Shown here: positions 1-9,025 of the stretch, piece after piece | Layout of the letters: each line of letters starts with the position of its first letter | How positions within the stretch are numbered: position 1 is the stretch's first letter | Assembly (NCBI RefSeq): GCF_003428155.1 | Contig: NZ_QLIR01000005.1 | Span: forward strand, 1-32,000 | Direction: 5' to 3' | Source: Fastidiosibacter lacustris | GTDB lineage: Bacteria; Pseudomonadota; Gammaproteobacteria; Francisellales; Francisellaceae | DNA length: 32,000 bases | Program-made: the position numbers and the translations under genes | Notes under the pieces: generated by a model | The model's database searches: none | What the model was told of the DNA's origin: nothing | What the model saw: the letters and a program-made list of their open reading frames with translations, nothing else

Positions 1-1
1 T

Positions 2-142
2 CTCCGTGTACTAAATGAAAACGTAATAGGCATGTTAAAACGTTTTAAAATTATTGCCGACAAATATCGGAATAGACGAAAAAGGTTTGGACTTCGATTT
101 AATTTAATAACGGGAATTTACAACTTTGAATTGACTAATTGA
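2..142 (+). mobile_element. 3' end of IS5-family-like transposase (C-terminal ~46 aa; continues off the left edge)
   Basis: Frame 2 reads ...LRVLNENVIGMLKRFKIIADKYRNRRKRFGLRFNLITGIYNFELTN*. The RNRRKRFGLRFNLI.GIYNFEL tail is typical of IS5/IS1031-group DDE transposases. Stop TGA at 140-142. Confidence 0.75.
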
Positions 143-543
143 GGTTTGGAAAGAACTCTATTAGTGCAGCTTTGCAGGGTGTAGGACTTGATCCACAAAT
201 GGGGTTTTTACATCAAGTGCGTTCAGGTAGAGATAGTTTGGCTCAGGATATTCTAGAAGAATTTCGGTCTTGGTTTATTGATCGTATGGTATTAAGTTTA
301 ATTAATCGTCGTCAGATTAAACCACAGGATTTTGAAGTAGAAGTAAGTGGAGCAGTAAAGCTAAAAGACGATACCAGAAAGCTTTTACTGACTACGTTAC
401 AGACTCGTAAGCAGGAAAAAATTCAGCATCCGTTTTTAGGTGAAGAAGTACAAATTGGTCTTTTACCACATATTCAAGCTCTGCTTTTAGCAAGGCATTT
501 AAGGGGGGACTTGCAAGAATATCCACCATTTGTGCCACGCTAA
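139..543 (+). pseudogene. cas1: CRISPR-associated Cas1, type I-C-like, missing its N-terminal part (disrupted by the upstream IS)
   Basis: ISAALQGVGLDPQMGFLHQVRSGRDSLAQDILEEFR...LSLINRRQIKPQDF...GAVKLKDDTRKLLL...RKQEKIQHPFLGEEVQIGLLPHIQALLLARHLRGDLQEYPPF matches the C-terminal half of type I-C Cas1. Only a TTG overlapping the transposase stop is available as a start. Homology begins around nt 155. Confidence 0.85.
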
Positions 544-553
544 GGAAATAAAC

Positions 554-847
554 ATGCTTATTCTAATAACCTATGATGTATCGTTAAAAGATGAGACAGG
601 TAGTAAACGATTAAGAAAAATTGCTGAAGTCTGTTTGGACTATGGTATAAGAGTACAGAATTCGGTATTTGAGTGTGATGTCAGTTCAGATCAATGGTGT
701 ATATTAAAAGCAAAGCTTTTGGATATCTATGATGCAGATGTAGACAGTTTAGGTTTTTATAAGCTTGGTAAAAATGGGCATAATAAGGTTGAGCATTTCG
801 GTGCTAAAAAAGCGCCAGATGTATTTAAATCTGTCTTGATACTATAA
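554..847 (+). CDS. cas2: CRISPR-associated endoribonuclease Cas2 (type I-C-like)
   Basis: MLILITYDVSLKDETGSKRLRKIAEVCLDYGIRVQNSVFECDV: a typical Cas2 N-terminus. ATG at 554 is preferred over the track start at 530. Confidence 0.9.
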   Translation: MLILITYDVSLKDETGSKRLRKIAEVCLDYGIRVQNSVFECDVSSDQWCILKAKLLDIYDADVDSLGFYKLGKNGHNKVEHFGAKKAPDVFKSVLIL

Positions 848-1070
848 AAATGCTTAGCTTCCTAAGCTGTAATTTGATGTTTAACAATTGAAAAATATAT
901 CATTCGCTAATGTGCTGTGCTCATAATTTTTCTATACCTTTAGCGATTAAGTTTCTGCTTGCCCTTAAGCGTTTATATGTTACATTAATACTTGTGTAGA
1001 TAGTTTGGTTTTAGAGGTTAGCGAATAAGCTTGTGTACAGCTAATAAAATCAAGGTTGATTATCTATGCA

Positions 1071-1169
1071 GTCGCACCCCGCATGGGTGCGTGGATTGAA
1101 ACCAACTGTTTAATTGCAAATACAAGTTGCGATTCTTGTCGCACCCCGCATGGGTGCGTGGATTAAGAC
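1071..1169 (+). CRISPR. Minimal type I-C-like CRISPR array: 2 repeats, 1 spacer
   Basis: Repeat 1 (1071-1102) GTCGCACCCCGCATGGGTGCGTGGATTGAAAC. Spacer (1103-1137, 35 nt) CAACTGTTTAATTGCAAATACAAGTTGCGATTCTT. Repeat 2 (1138-1169) GTCGCACCCCGCATGGGTGCGTGGATTAAGAC, with two changes near its 3' end. The repeat matches the I-C consensus and lies downstream of cas2. Confidence 0.92.
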
Positions 1170-1413
1170 ATCATAACTCAACTCCGATATTGGGTGATAA
1201 ATTGTTTTTTACTAAGTGTTGCTGATTGTTTCTATGAAATTTAATTGAATTACTCCTTAATTTCTAATAAATCTATGTTTTTATTAAACGCTTGGTTTGC
1301 TAGTACTTCGACTAGCACGATAAAGACTTTATAATTATACTAGCCTGCATTGGAATGGTTAGGTTGAATAAACAGTAAAAGAACCAAAAGAATTAAGTTT
1401 AAGATAGGATAAT

Positions 1414-2064
1414 ATGATAAAAAAATGTTTAACTGCAATGGGTATCATTTTAGCAGCAGGAAGTGTGATGGCAAATATTAAAACAGGTTATGGTTATGTT
1501 GAACAGATTTTGCTTTTACCAAGTCAGACTATCCTTGAGGCAAAACTTGACACGGGTGCAGGTATATCATCTATTTCAGTAACTAATATTTATATTTATG
1601 ATAAAGATGGTCAAAATTATATCCGCTTTGATGTAATGCACGAGATGATTAAAGATGATGAAAAAACGGATAAGTCTAGAAAAAAATCCTATGATTTACC
1701 ATTAAAGCGTGACATGAAAATTAAAAATCGTCTAAGTGAGAATATAGAAGAACGATATGATGAGCGACCTGTTGTTGACATGCCTATTTGTTTTGATGGA
1801 AAAATTTATAATATTGAGATGAATCTAACGGATAGATCAAGGTTTAAATATCCTGTGTTATTAGGTCGAAAGGCGTTAATTAAATTAAATGCTGTAGTTG
1901 ATCCTGGTCAAAAATTCACGATAAATCTAGATGATTGTATTAAGCTTTTGGAAAAAGAGAACGAAAAAATAAAGCAAAAATCTAAAGACGCATCAACAAA
2001 TAAAGTGCAAAAGATAGAAACGACGATTGATAGTGAAAAATTAAAAGAAGAAGAAACAAATTAG
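1414..2064 (+). CDS. Retropepsin-like aspartic protease ('ATP-dependent zinc protease' family), secreted or periplasmic
   Basis: N-terminal signal-like segment, then EAKLDTGAGISSIS (retropepsin DTGA motif at 1549-1560). VLLGRKAL segment. First gene of a typical triad. Confidence 0.8.
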   Translation: MIKKCLTAMGIILAAGSVMANIKTGYGYVEQILLLPSQTILEAKLDTGAGISSISVTNIYIYDKDGQNYIRFDVMHEMIKDDEKTDKSRKKSYDLPLKRDMKIKNRLSENIEERYDERPVVDMPICFDGKIYNIEMNLTDRSRFKYPVLLGRKALIKLNAVVDPGQKFTINLDDCIKLLEKENEKIKQKSKDASTNKVQKIETTIDSEKLKEEETN

Positions 2065-2105
2065 TATAAAGTAAGCAAATCAATTGATACTTGGATAGAT
2101 ATATT

Positions 2106-3695
2106 ATGAGTAAAGTTAATAAACAATTTTTTACCCTATTAATTATTTTATTGCTAGCAGGGATTGGTTTTACTTTATATCAGCATTATAAGCTGGGGTT
2201 ATCCTGGTGGCCAAATGATGAAAATATGACTTGGAAATTTAATACTGAATTACAAATCTTACCTGATACGACAAATTCATCTTTAAAGGTGAACCTGGTT
2301 GTACCAAATTTGCAAAAATCAGATGTATTAGATGAAAATATTAATGCCTCTGGTTTTGGTAAGATTATTTTACGTTCAGAAAATAAGAATAATAGAGTGG
2401 CAGTTTTGTCAAAAAGTGAAGTTAGTTCAAAGCAGACAATTATTTATGATGTAACTGTTGCAAGTAATTCAAGCTTTATTGAGCCCCCTATTCCTGATTT
2501 AGGAAAGGAGAAAAAAAAAATAAAGAACGCTCTTGAACCTAAAAAGCTTATTACGCTTTTGACAACAGCAAAAGACATTGCAGAAAAATCGGCTGATTCG
2601 ACAACTTTAGTTACTCAAACCATTAATTTTGTTAACGATGATGGTAATTTATATTTTTGGCAGGAAATGACTAATGGTAAACCAACAGCAAAAGGTCGAG
2701 CGCAATTGCTCAATTACCTGTTAACACAGCTGCATTTACCTAACGTGTTATTACACGTTGTACCTTATCAATATGAAGGTAAGTTGAACTTAAAAAACTT
2801 GCCAGTATGGGTCAATGTTTATTATGACAATGCATGGCATGTATTTGACGTAAAATCAGGTGCCCCCATTGATGATCCAAATATGCAAGCAATGGTATGG
2901 TGGATGGGCAATGGCAATTTTGTGGATGTTGAAGGTGGTACGGTAAAAATTGTCTCATTTACTGCAACAAAGCAAAGTATTCCAATGGAGCGTTATTTAG
3001 ATTTAAGAAATAATGTAATGAAGCAAAATGTCTATGAATTTTCGTTGCTAAACCTTCCTGCGCAGACACAAGAGATTTATAAAATCATATTAGTGGTACC
3101 CTTTGGTGTGTTAATACTTTTAGTTTTGCGTATTATTATTGGCGTGCCAACCTTAGGGACATTTATGCCTGTACTAATTGCTTTGGCATTTAAAGATACA
3201 ACTTTAATTTGGGGAATTGTGCTTTTTTCTTTGGTTGTTATTTTGGGATTAAGTTTTAGAACATATTTTGAAAAACTACAACTTCTTGTAGTGCCGAGAC
3301 TTGGAATGATCTTGACAGTTGTAGTATTAACGATGGCTTTGATTAGTATTGTGATGCATAAAATGGAACTATCTCAAGGCTTATCAATTACACTCTTTCC
3401 AATGGTGATTCTGACAATGTCAATTGAACGTTTGTCAATAACTTGGGATGAGCGTGGTAGCACAGAAACAATTAAAATTGCGCTTGGTAGTTTGCTTGCA
3501 GCAACGGTTTGTTATGTTTTCATTTTTAATAACTACCTGGAGTATTGGTTTTTTACTTTCCCGGGCTTATTGCTTCTTGTGATGGCTGTTATGTTGTTAA
3601 TAGGGCGTTATCGAGGGTATCGTTTGACTGAGCTATATCGTTTTGAAGCGCTAGCATTAAAAGCAAGTAGCAAAGAAAAAGGAAAAGGGGTCTAA
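2106..3695 (+). CDS. Inactive transglutaminase fused to a 7-TM domain (UUP1-like family)
   Basis: Long extracytoplasmic domain with a transglutaminase-like region (NLPVWVNVYYDNAWHVFDVKSGAPI), then multiple TM helices (FGVLILLVLRIIIGVPTLGTFMPVLIALAF...). Lies between the retropepsin and ATP-grasp genes. ATG at 2106 is more likely than the TTG at 2091. Confidence 0.8.
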   Translation: MSKVNKQFFTLLIILLLAGIGFTLYQHYKLGLSWWPNDENMTWKFNTELQILPDTTNSSLKVNLVVPNLQKSDVLDENINASGFGKIILRSENKNNRVAVLSKSEVSSKQTIIYDVTVASNSSFIEPPIPDLGKEKKKIKNALEPKKLITLLTTAKDIAEKSADSTTLVTQTINFVNDDGNLYFWQEMTNGKPTAKGRAQLLNYLLTQLHLPNVLLHVVPYQYEGKLNLKNLPVWVNVYYDNAWHVFDVKSGAPIDDPNMQAMVWWMGNGNFVDVEGGTVKIVSFTATKQSIPMERYLDLRNNVMKQNVYEFSLLNLPAQTQEIYKIILVVPFGVLILLVLRIIIGVPTLGTFMPVLIALAFKDTTLIWGIVLFSLVVILGLSFRTYFEKLQLLVVPRLGMILTVVVLTMALISIVMHKMELSQGLSITLFPMVILTMSIERLSITWDERGSTETIKIALGSLLAATVCYVFIFNNYLEYWFFTFPGLLLLVMAVMLLIGRYRGYRLTELYRFEALALKASSKEKGKGV

Positions 3696-4637
3696 ATGTG
3701 GTGGATAAGCAAATGGCTAGCATTACGCAAGTCTGGTGTTTTAGGTATTAATGAGCGTAACCTATCTTATATTAAAAAATTTAATAATCGCAAATTTTAT
3801 CCGCTTGTTGATGATAAATTAAAGAGTAAAAAACTTGCATTAGAGCATGGTATTAATGTGCCTGAATTATATGGCGTGATTCATTCAGAGCACGATAATA
3901 AAAATTTAGACAAGATGCTTACCGGTAGAAGTCAATTTGTAATTAAACCTGCTCAAGGAGCAGGTGGTGAAGGCATTTTGGTTATTACTCATTTTATCAA
4001 TAATCGTTATAGATTATCCAATGGTAGGCTTATGACTTTGGACCAGTTAAAATATCATACTTCAACAACATTAAGTGGTGCGTATTCGCTAGGTGGTCGG
4101 CCAGATAAGGCAATGATTGAATATCTTATTCAATTTGATCCAATTTTTGCTAAAGTTGCTTTTCAGGGTGTGCCTGATATTCGGATTATCTTAGTCAAAG
4201 GCTTCCCGGTGATGGCAATGGTGCGCTTACCTACTCAAGTATCCAATGGTAAAGCAAACTTACACCAAGGTGCAATTGGAGCGGGTGTTGATTTAAAAAC
4301 AGGTATAACTTTGCATGGTGTTTGGCACAATGAGATCGTTACTCACCATCCAGATACTTTGCATGAGGTGGAAGGTATTACCATACCTTATTGGCAGAAA
4401 TGCTTAGATATTGCAAGTGCTTGCTATGATATGACTAAGCTTGGTTATTTGGGGGTAGACTTGGTACTGGATAAGGTTTATGGACCACTTATGTTGGAAT
4501 TAAATGCTCGTCCTGGACTTAATATCCAAATTGCAAACCAAGTTGGATTGATCGAGCGTTATAAATTGATTAAGCCTGTGATAAATGGAGATATGACAAA
4601 AGAAGAGCGAATTAAATATGTGCTTGATCGTTTATAA
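3696..4637 (+). CDS. Alpha-L-glutamate ligase-like protein, ATP-grasp superfamily
   Basis: GINERNLSYI...FVIKPAQGAGGEGILVI...LGYLGVDLVLDKVYGPLMLELNARPGLNIQIAN matches the ATP-grasp ligase partner of this triad. Abuts the upstream stop codon. Confidence 0.88.
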   Translation: MWWISKWLALRKSGVLGINERNLSYIKKFNNRKFYPLVDDKLKSKKLALEHGINVPELYGVIHSEHDNKNLDKMLTGRSQFVIKPAQGAGGEGILVITHFINNRYRLSNGRLMTLDQLKYHTSTTLSGAYSLGGRPDKAMIEYLIQFDPIFAKVAFQGVPDIRIILVKGFPVMAMVRLPTQVSNGKANLHQGAIGAGVDLKTGITLHGVWHNEIVTHHPDTLHEVEGITIPYWQKCLDIASACYDMTKLGYLGVDLVLDKVYGPLMLELNARPGLNIQIANQVGLIERYKLIKPVINGDMTKEERIKYVLDRL

Positions 4638-4747
4638 AACAAACGTTTGGAAATTTAGAACTACAAGCTATCGTTTATTAGACATTATTGTAACGTAAAA
4701 GCTATAATCAAATTAACTTATAAAGAAATGTAATCTATATTAAAACA

Positions 4748-5938
4748 ATGAAGTATAAAGCAATGAACGCTATTGTATTAAAAAATAAATATGAATTAAT
4801 GGTAAGAAGTCTAAGAAAAGTATTTCTGAACCTAATGCTGGTGAGCGTAATAAGTTTCTTACTCAATTTATCTTATGCCCAAGATAAAGCACAAAGTGTT
4901 CCAACGGTCGCAGTGAACGTTGGAAAGGTAGAGAAAATCAATGTGCCTGAAACAATTACAGCAGTAGGACATATGCTTGCAGTGAAACAAGTCAATTTAA
5001 GCTTTGATAATAGTGGTAAGTTAGAAGATAAGTACTTTAAAAATGGTGATCGAGTACTTAAAGGTGAAACGGTGGCGTCTCTTGACGATCAACAAAATGT
5101 GGCGAATCTACAGGCTTTACAGGCAAAGCTTAATTTAGCAAAACAAACTTACTCTAGGGTCAAATTATTAGAGCAATCAGGTGCAATTTCAAAAGAGGAT
5201 ATCGACCAGAAATATGCAGGTTTACAACAGGCACAAGCAGATGTTGATCAACAAAAAGTTGTAGTCAATCAGGATAAATTACAAGCCCCTTTTACAGGTG
5301 TATTAGGAACCTATCAGTTTGACGTAGGGGCTTATATTGCAGCAGGAACTGTCGTTGTGCAGTTAACGCAAGAAAGCCCACTTAAAATTCGATTTGCCAT
5401 TCCATCAGAAATGAAACCAAAGATTGCAATTGGGAATGAAGTTGAGCTAACAACAGAAACTTATCCAGAAAAAACCTTTAAGGGAATAGTGAATTATATT
5501 TCTCCTACAGTTAACACCAATACTGGTACGCTTGAAATAGAAGCCGAGGTAAAGAATGATGATTATTTATTATCGCCAGGTATGTTTATGTCTGTATTAC
5601 AAGTTTTACAAGAAAAACGACCTATGCTAGTTTTGCCAGATATGGCTATACAAATAAATCAGCAAGGGAGTTTTGTTTATGTTGTTAATCCTGACCATAC
5701 TGTCAGGGCAACTCAGATTGAAACAGGGCTTATTCGCAAAGGGTGGACGCAGATTACAAAGGGTTTAGCAGAAGGGCAAGAGGTGGTTACCATTGGCGGT
5801 AATAAATTGATAAATGGTGCAAAAATAACCTTTTCAGATGTTCCAGTTCCGTCATTTGATAAGCTACAAAAAGAGGTAAATATTCATATCCATACGAAAG
5901 AAAATGCTAATATTTCAACTACTAAAATAGTGAATTAA
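4748..5938 (+). CDS. RND efflux periplasmic adaptor (membrane fusion protein, HlyD/AcrA type)
   Basis: VNVGKVEKINVPETITAVGHMLAVKQVNL...PFTGVLGTYQFDVGAYIAAGTVVVQL...GLAEGQEVVTIGGNKLINGAKI. Followed directly by an RND permease. Confidence 0.9.
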   Translation: MKYKAMNAIVLKNKYELMVRSLRKVFLNLMLVSVISFLLNLSYAQDKAQSVPTVAVNVGKVEKINVPETITAVGHMLAVKQVNLSFDNSGKLEDKYFKNGDRVLKGETVASLDDQQNVANLQALQAKLNLAKQTYSRVKLLEQSGAISKEDIDQKYAGLQQAQADVDQQKVVVNQDKLQAPFTGVLGTYQFDVGAYIAAGTVVVQLTQESPLKIRFAIPSEMKPKIAIGNEVELTTETYPEKTFKGIVNYISPTVNTNTGTLEIEAEVKNDDYLLSPGMFMSVLQVLQEKRPMLVLPDMAIQINQQGSFVYVVNPDHTVRATQIETGLIRKGWTQITKGLAEGQEVVTIGGNKLINGAKITFSDVPVPSFDKLQKEVNIHIHTKENANISTTKIVN

Positions 5939-5941
5939 AGC

Positions 5942-8900
5942 ATGAAACTATCAAAAATTTGTATTCAAAGACCCGTATTTGCGGTTGTACTAAATCTTAT
6001 GATCATCGTGTTAGGGATTGTGGGTTTTAGCTATTTGGAAATACGCTACTTTCCTAAAATTCAGCAAAAAACTGCTACGGTATCTATTTCCTATTCAGGT
6101 GCTTCGCCAACACTTATTAAAAATGACGTTACTATTCCTGTTGAAGATGCCCTATATAATATTGATGGACTTGTAAAAATTACATCAACAAGCTCATATG
6201 GTAGTAGCACAATTAATTTAACCTTTGCTGATGACGCTGATATGACTGATATGATGGGGCAAGTACGCGACAACATTTCTAGTATTATGTCACAAAGGCT
6301 TCCTGCTGATATTAATTCCCCTAATATTAGCCAAGGCGGGGTTGAGCGACCCGTACTGAATTTAGGTGTGATGGATAAAGATTTGACTTCAGCTCAAATT
6401 CGAGATTATGTACAAAGAAATATCATGCCTATTTTTCAATCTGTCCCTGGTATGGGCGCTGTTTGGGTATATGGTGCTAGTGATTATGCAATGCGTATTT
6501 GGCTAAATCCGCAAAAAATGGCTGCTTTAGGCATTACGATAAGTGATGTTCAAAAGACACTAAATAGTAATAATATTAGTTTTTCAGGGGGTAGTATTAG
6601 AGGAAAATATCGTAACTTTTCAATTAGTTCAGATACTGATTTAAAAACTGCTCAGCAATTTAGAAATCTGGTAGTAAGAGACGATCCTAATGCCCCTGTT
6701 TATTTGAAAGACATTGCAAAAATTGACTTAGGCAATGCAAGCTTAAGCGATTCTCCAATGCTCATTAATGGTCAAAATGCGATTAGTGTGCAGCTAAGAC
6801 CGACAGATAATGCTAATCCAATTATGGTAGCAGCTCTTGCTAAAAAAGAGCTAAAAAAAGTTGAAGGCAATCTGCCACACGGTATGGAAGTTAAAATTGT
6901 ATATGATCAATCTACTTTTTTACAAAAATCTATAACAGATGGGTATGATACTTTAATTGAAGCAATTATTTTGGTGATGATTGTTGTCTTTATTTTCTTA
7001 GGCAGTATTCGTGCGTCACTTATCCCTATTTTAACTATTCCTGTATGCGTGATTGGTGCTTTTGGTGTCATGCTGTTGTGTGGATTTAGCATCAACGTTG
7101 TCACATTATTGGCGATTATTCTTGCAATTGGTCTTGTCGTTGATGATGCAATTGTTGTACTAGAAAATATCCATAGACATATCGAAATGGGCAAAAAACC
7201 ATTTAATGCAGCTATAGAAGGCTCAGCTGAGATTGGCTTCTCAGTGATTGCAATGACTTTAACCTTAGCAGCTGTTTATGCACCAATTGGCTTTTTATCT
7301 GGATTTAGTGCAACTATTTTTAGAGAATTTGCTTTTACATTGGCAGGTTCCGTACTTATTTCTGGGTTTGTGGCACTTACTCTTTCACCGATGATGTGTG
7401 CTTATATTCTTAGAGCACGAGAAAAAGAAACAAGAATTGAAATTTGGCTCAACCATGCATTTGATAAGCTCAATGCTGGTTATGGAGAAGTACTTAATAT
7501 TGTATTAAAAGCAAAATATTGGGTGGTAGGATTACTAATTTTATTAGCTGGATTATGTTATCTATTATTTAGAATTATGCCACAATCCTTTATTCCAAAA
7601 GAGGATATTGGTTATTTTGAGGCCAATATTAATTCACCGCCAAGTGCTGCACTTGATTATACAAACTACTACATGAACATATTGAGCAAGCGTGTTTATG
7701 CTGATAGTCCCTACATTTTAAACAATGCCGAATATATTTTTTCAGGCTCAGGTAATAATTTTGTGACGATGCAACCTTGGGGAGAGAAGCGGAAGGTGCC
7801 AACACAAGAAATCATTCCAAATCTTCTCAAAGAAGCTCAACAAATTCCAGGTATAAAGGTGAGTATGAATATTCCCGATCCTGTGAGCTTTGGACCAGAT
7901 GCAGATAGTTCAGATTTAATTATTTATCTTCATAATGTCGGACCTGTTGAGAATTTAGTCAAGGCAGCAGATGTGCTTACTAGTAAACTTATGCAGTATC
8001 TAGGTTTAAATAACGTTAATAATGGTCTTAAGTTTGATAACGTTGCTTATAATGTAACGTTTCAACGCAATTTGGCTGCAAGTGTTGGGGTGGATCCACA
8101 GAATATTGCAGATACTTTTAGTATTTTAATGAGTGGGAAACATATTACCGATGTCAAGACTGATGAAAAAAGCTATCAAGTATTAGTGCAAATGAATTTA
8201 CAAGACCTTTCAAGTTTTGGTAGTTTAGATAAAATCTATGTACCAAGTAAATCAGGTCTAATGATTCCATTATCAAATTTAATCAAGATCAAACCAGAAG
8301 TCAGACAAAGTAGTTTTTTTAGATATAATCGGGTTAACACGGCTCAGATTACGGCCAATATTAACGATGGTTATAGCATGAGTGAGGTTTATAATGCGGT
8401 GAATAAAATTGCTAGTCAAACTCAACTCAATGGGGCGAGTATTGACTATGGTGGACGTATGGCTGCATTTTTATCTTCAAATGGAACTATGTTTGGATTA
8501 TTTGCTTTGGCATTGATCTTTATTTATTTGGTATTGGCTGCCCAGTTTGAGAGTTTCGTCGATCCTTTTATTATTTTGTTGACTGTGCCTTTATCTACAG
8601 TTGGCGCTTTGATTACAACATTATTAACAGGTGGAAATTTGAACCTCTTTACAAATATTGGTTTAATTACGCTGGTTGGCTTGATTAGTAAACATGGAAT
8701 TTTAATTACTCAGTTTGCAAACGAAAACTTCAAAGAGGGAGTCAGTCTTGTTGAAGCAGTTAAAGTCGGGGCCATTACACGCTTGCGTCCTATTTTAATG
8801 ACAACATCTGCAATGGTGTTAGGTTCTCTTCCATTAGCACTAGCAACAGGAGCAGGAAATATTTCGAACAATATGATTGGTTGGGTGATCGTTGGTGGGC

Positions 8901-9025
8901 TTTGTTTTGGAACGGTTTTTTCGTTGTTAATCGTTCCTGTTGCCTATGTGATTTTATCTCCACTAGATCACAAGAAGAAAAAGATATTATTAGCGAATAG
9001 AAAAAATGCTATTTTGTTTGATTGA
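5942..9025 (+). CDS. RND multidrug efflux permease, HAE1/AcrB type (1027 aa)
   Basis: CIQRPVFAVVLNLMIIVLGIVGFSYLEIRYFPKI..., VVFIFLGSIRASLIPILTIPV, AIGLVVDDAIVVLENIHRHIE, LISKHGILITQFAN. Confidence 0.93.
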   Translation: MKLSKICIQRPVFAVVLNLMIIVLGIVGFSYLEIRYFPKIQQKTATVSISYSGASPTLIKNDVTIPVEDALYNIDGLVKITSTSSYGSSTINLTFADDADMTDMMGQVRDNISSIMSQRLPADINSPNISQGGVERPVLNLGVMDKDLTSAQIRDYVQRNIMPIFQSVPGMGAVWVYGASDYAMRIWLNPQKMAALGITISDVQKTLNSNNISFSGGSIRGKYRNFSISSDTDLKTAQQFRNLVVRDDPNAPVYLKDIAKIDLGNASLSDSPMLINGQNAISVQLRPTDNANPIMVAALAKKELKKVEGNLPHGMEVKIVYDQSTFLQKSITDGYDTLIEAIILVMIVVFIFLGSIRASLIPILTIPVCVIGAFGVMLLCGFSINVVTLLAIILAIGLVVDDAIVVLENIHRHIEMGKKPFNAAIEGSAEIGFSVIAMTLTLAAVYAPIGFLSGFSATIFREFAFTLAGSVLISGFVALTLSPMMCAYILRAREKETRIEIWLNHAFDKLNAGYGEVLNIVLKAKYWVVGLLILLAGLCYLLFRIMPQSFIPKEDIGYFEANINSPPSAALDYTNYYMNILSKRVYADSPYILNNAEYIFSGSGNNFVTMQPWGEKRKVPTQEIIPNLLKEAQQIPGIKVSMNIPDPVSFGPDADSSDLIIYLHNVGPVENLVKAADVLTSKLMQYLGLNNVNNGLKFDNVAYNVTFQRNLAASVGVDPQNIADTFSILMSGKHITDVKTDEKSYQVLVQMNLQDLSSFGSLDKIYVPSKSGLMIPLSNLIKIKPEVRQSSFFRYNRVNTAQITANINDGYSMSEVYNAVNKIASQTQLNGASIDYGGRMAAFLSSNGTMFGLFALALIFIYLVLAAQFESFVDPFIILLTVPLSTVGALITTLLTGGNLNLFTNIGLITLVGLISKHGILITQFANENFKEGVSLVEAVKVGAITRLRPILMTTSAMVLGSLPLALATGAGNISNNMIGWVIVGGLCFGTVFSLLIVPVAYVILSPLDHKKKKILLANRKNAILFD

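Noticed and set aside
6091-7194. Minus-strand ORFs 6091..6276 and 6907..7194 inside the RND permease
   Set aside because: Fully antisense to a strongly supported RND permease, with no recognisable domain.
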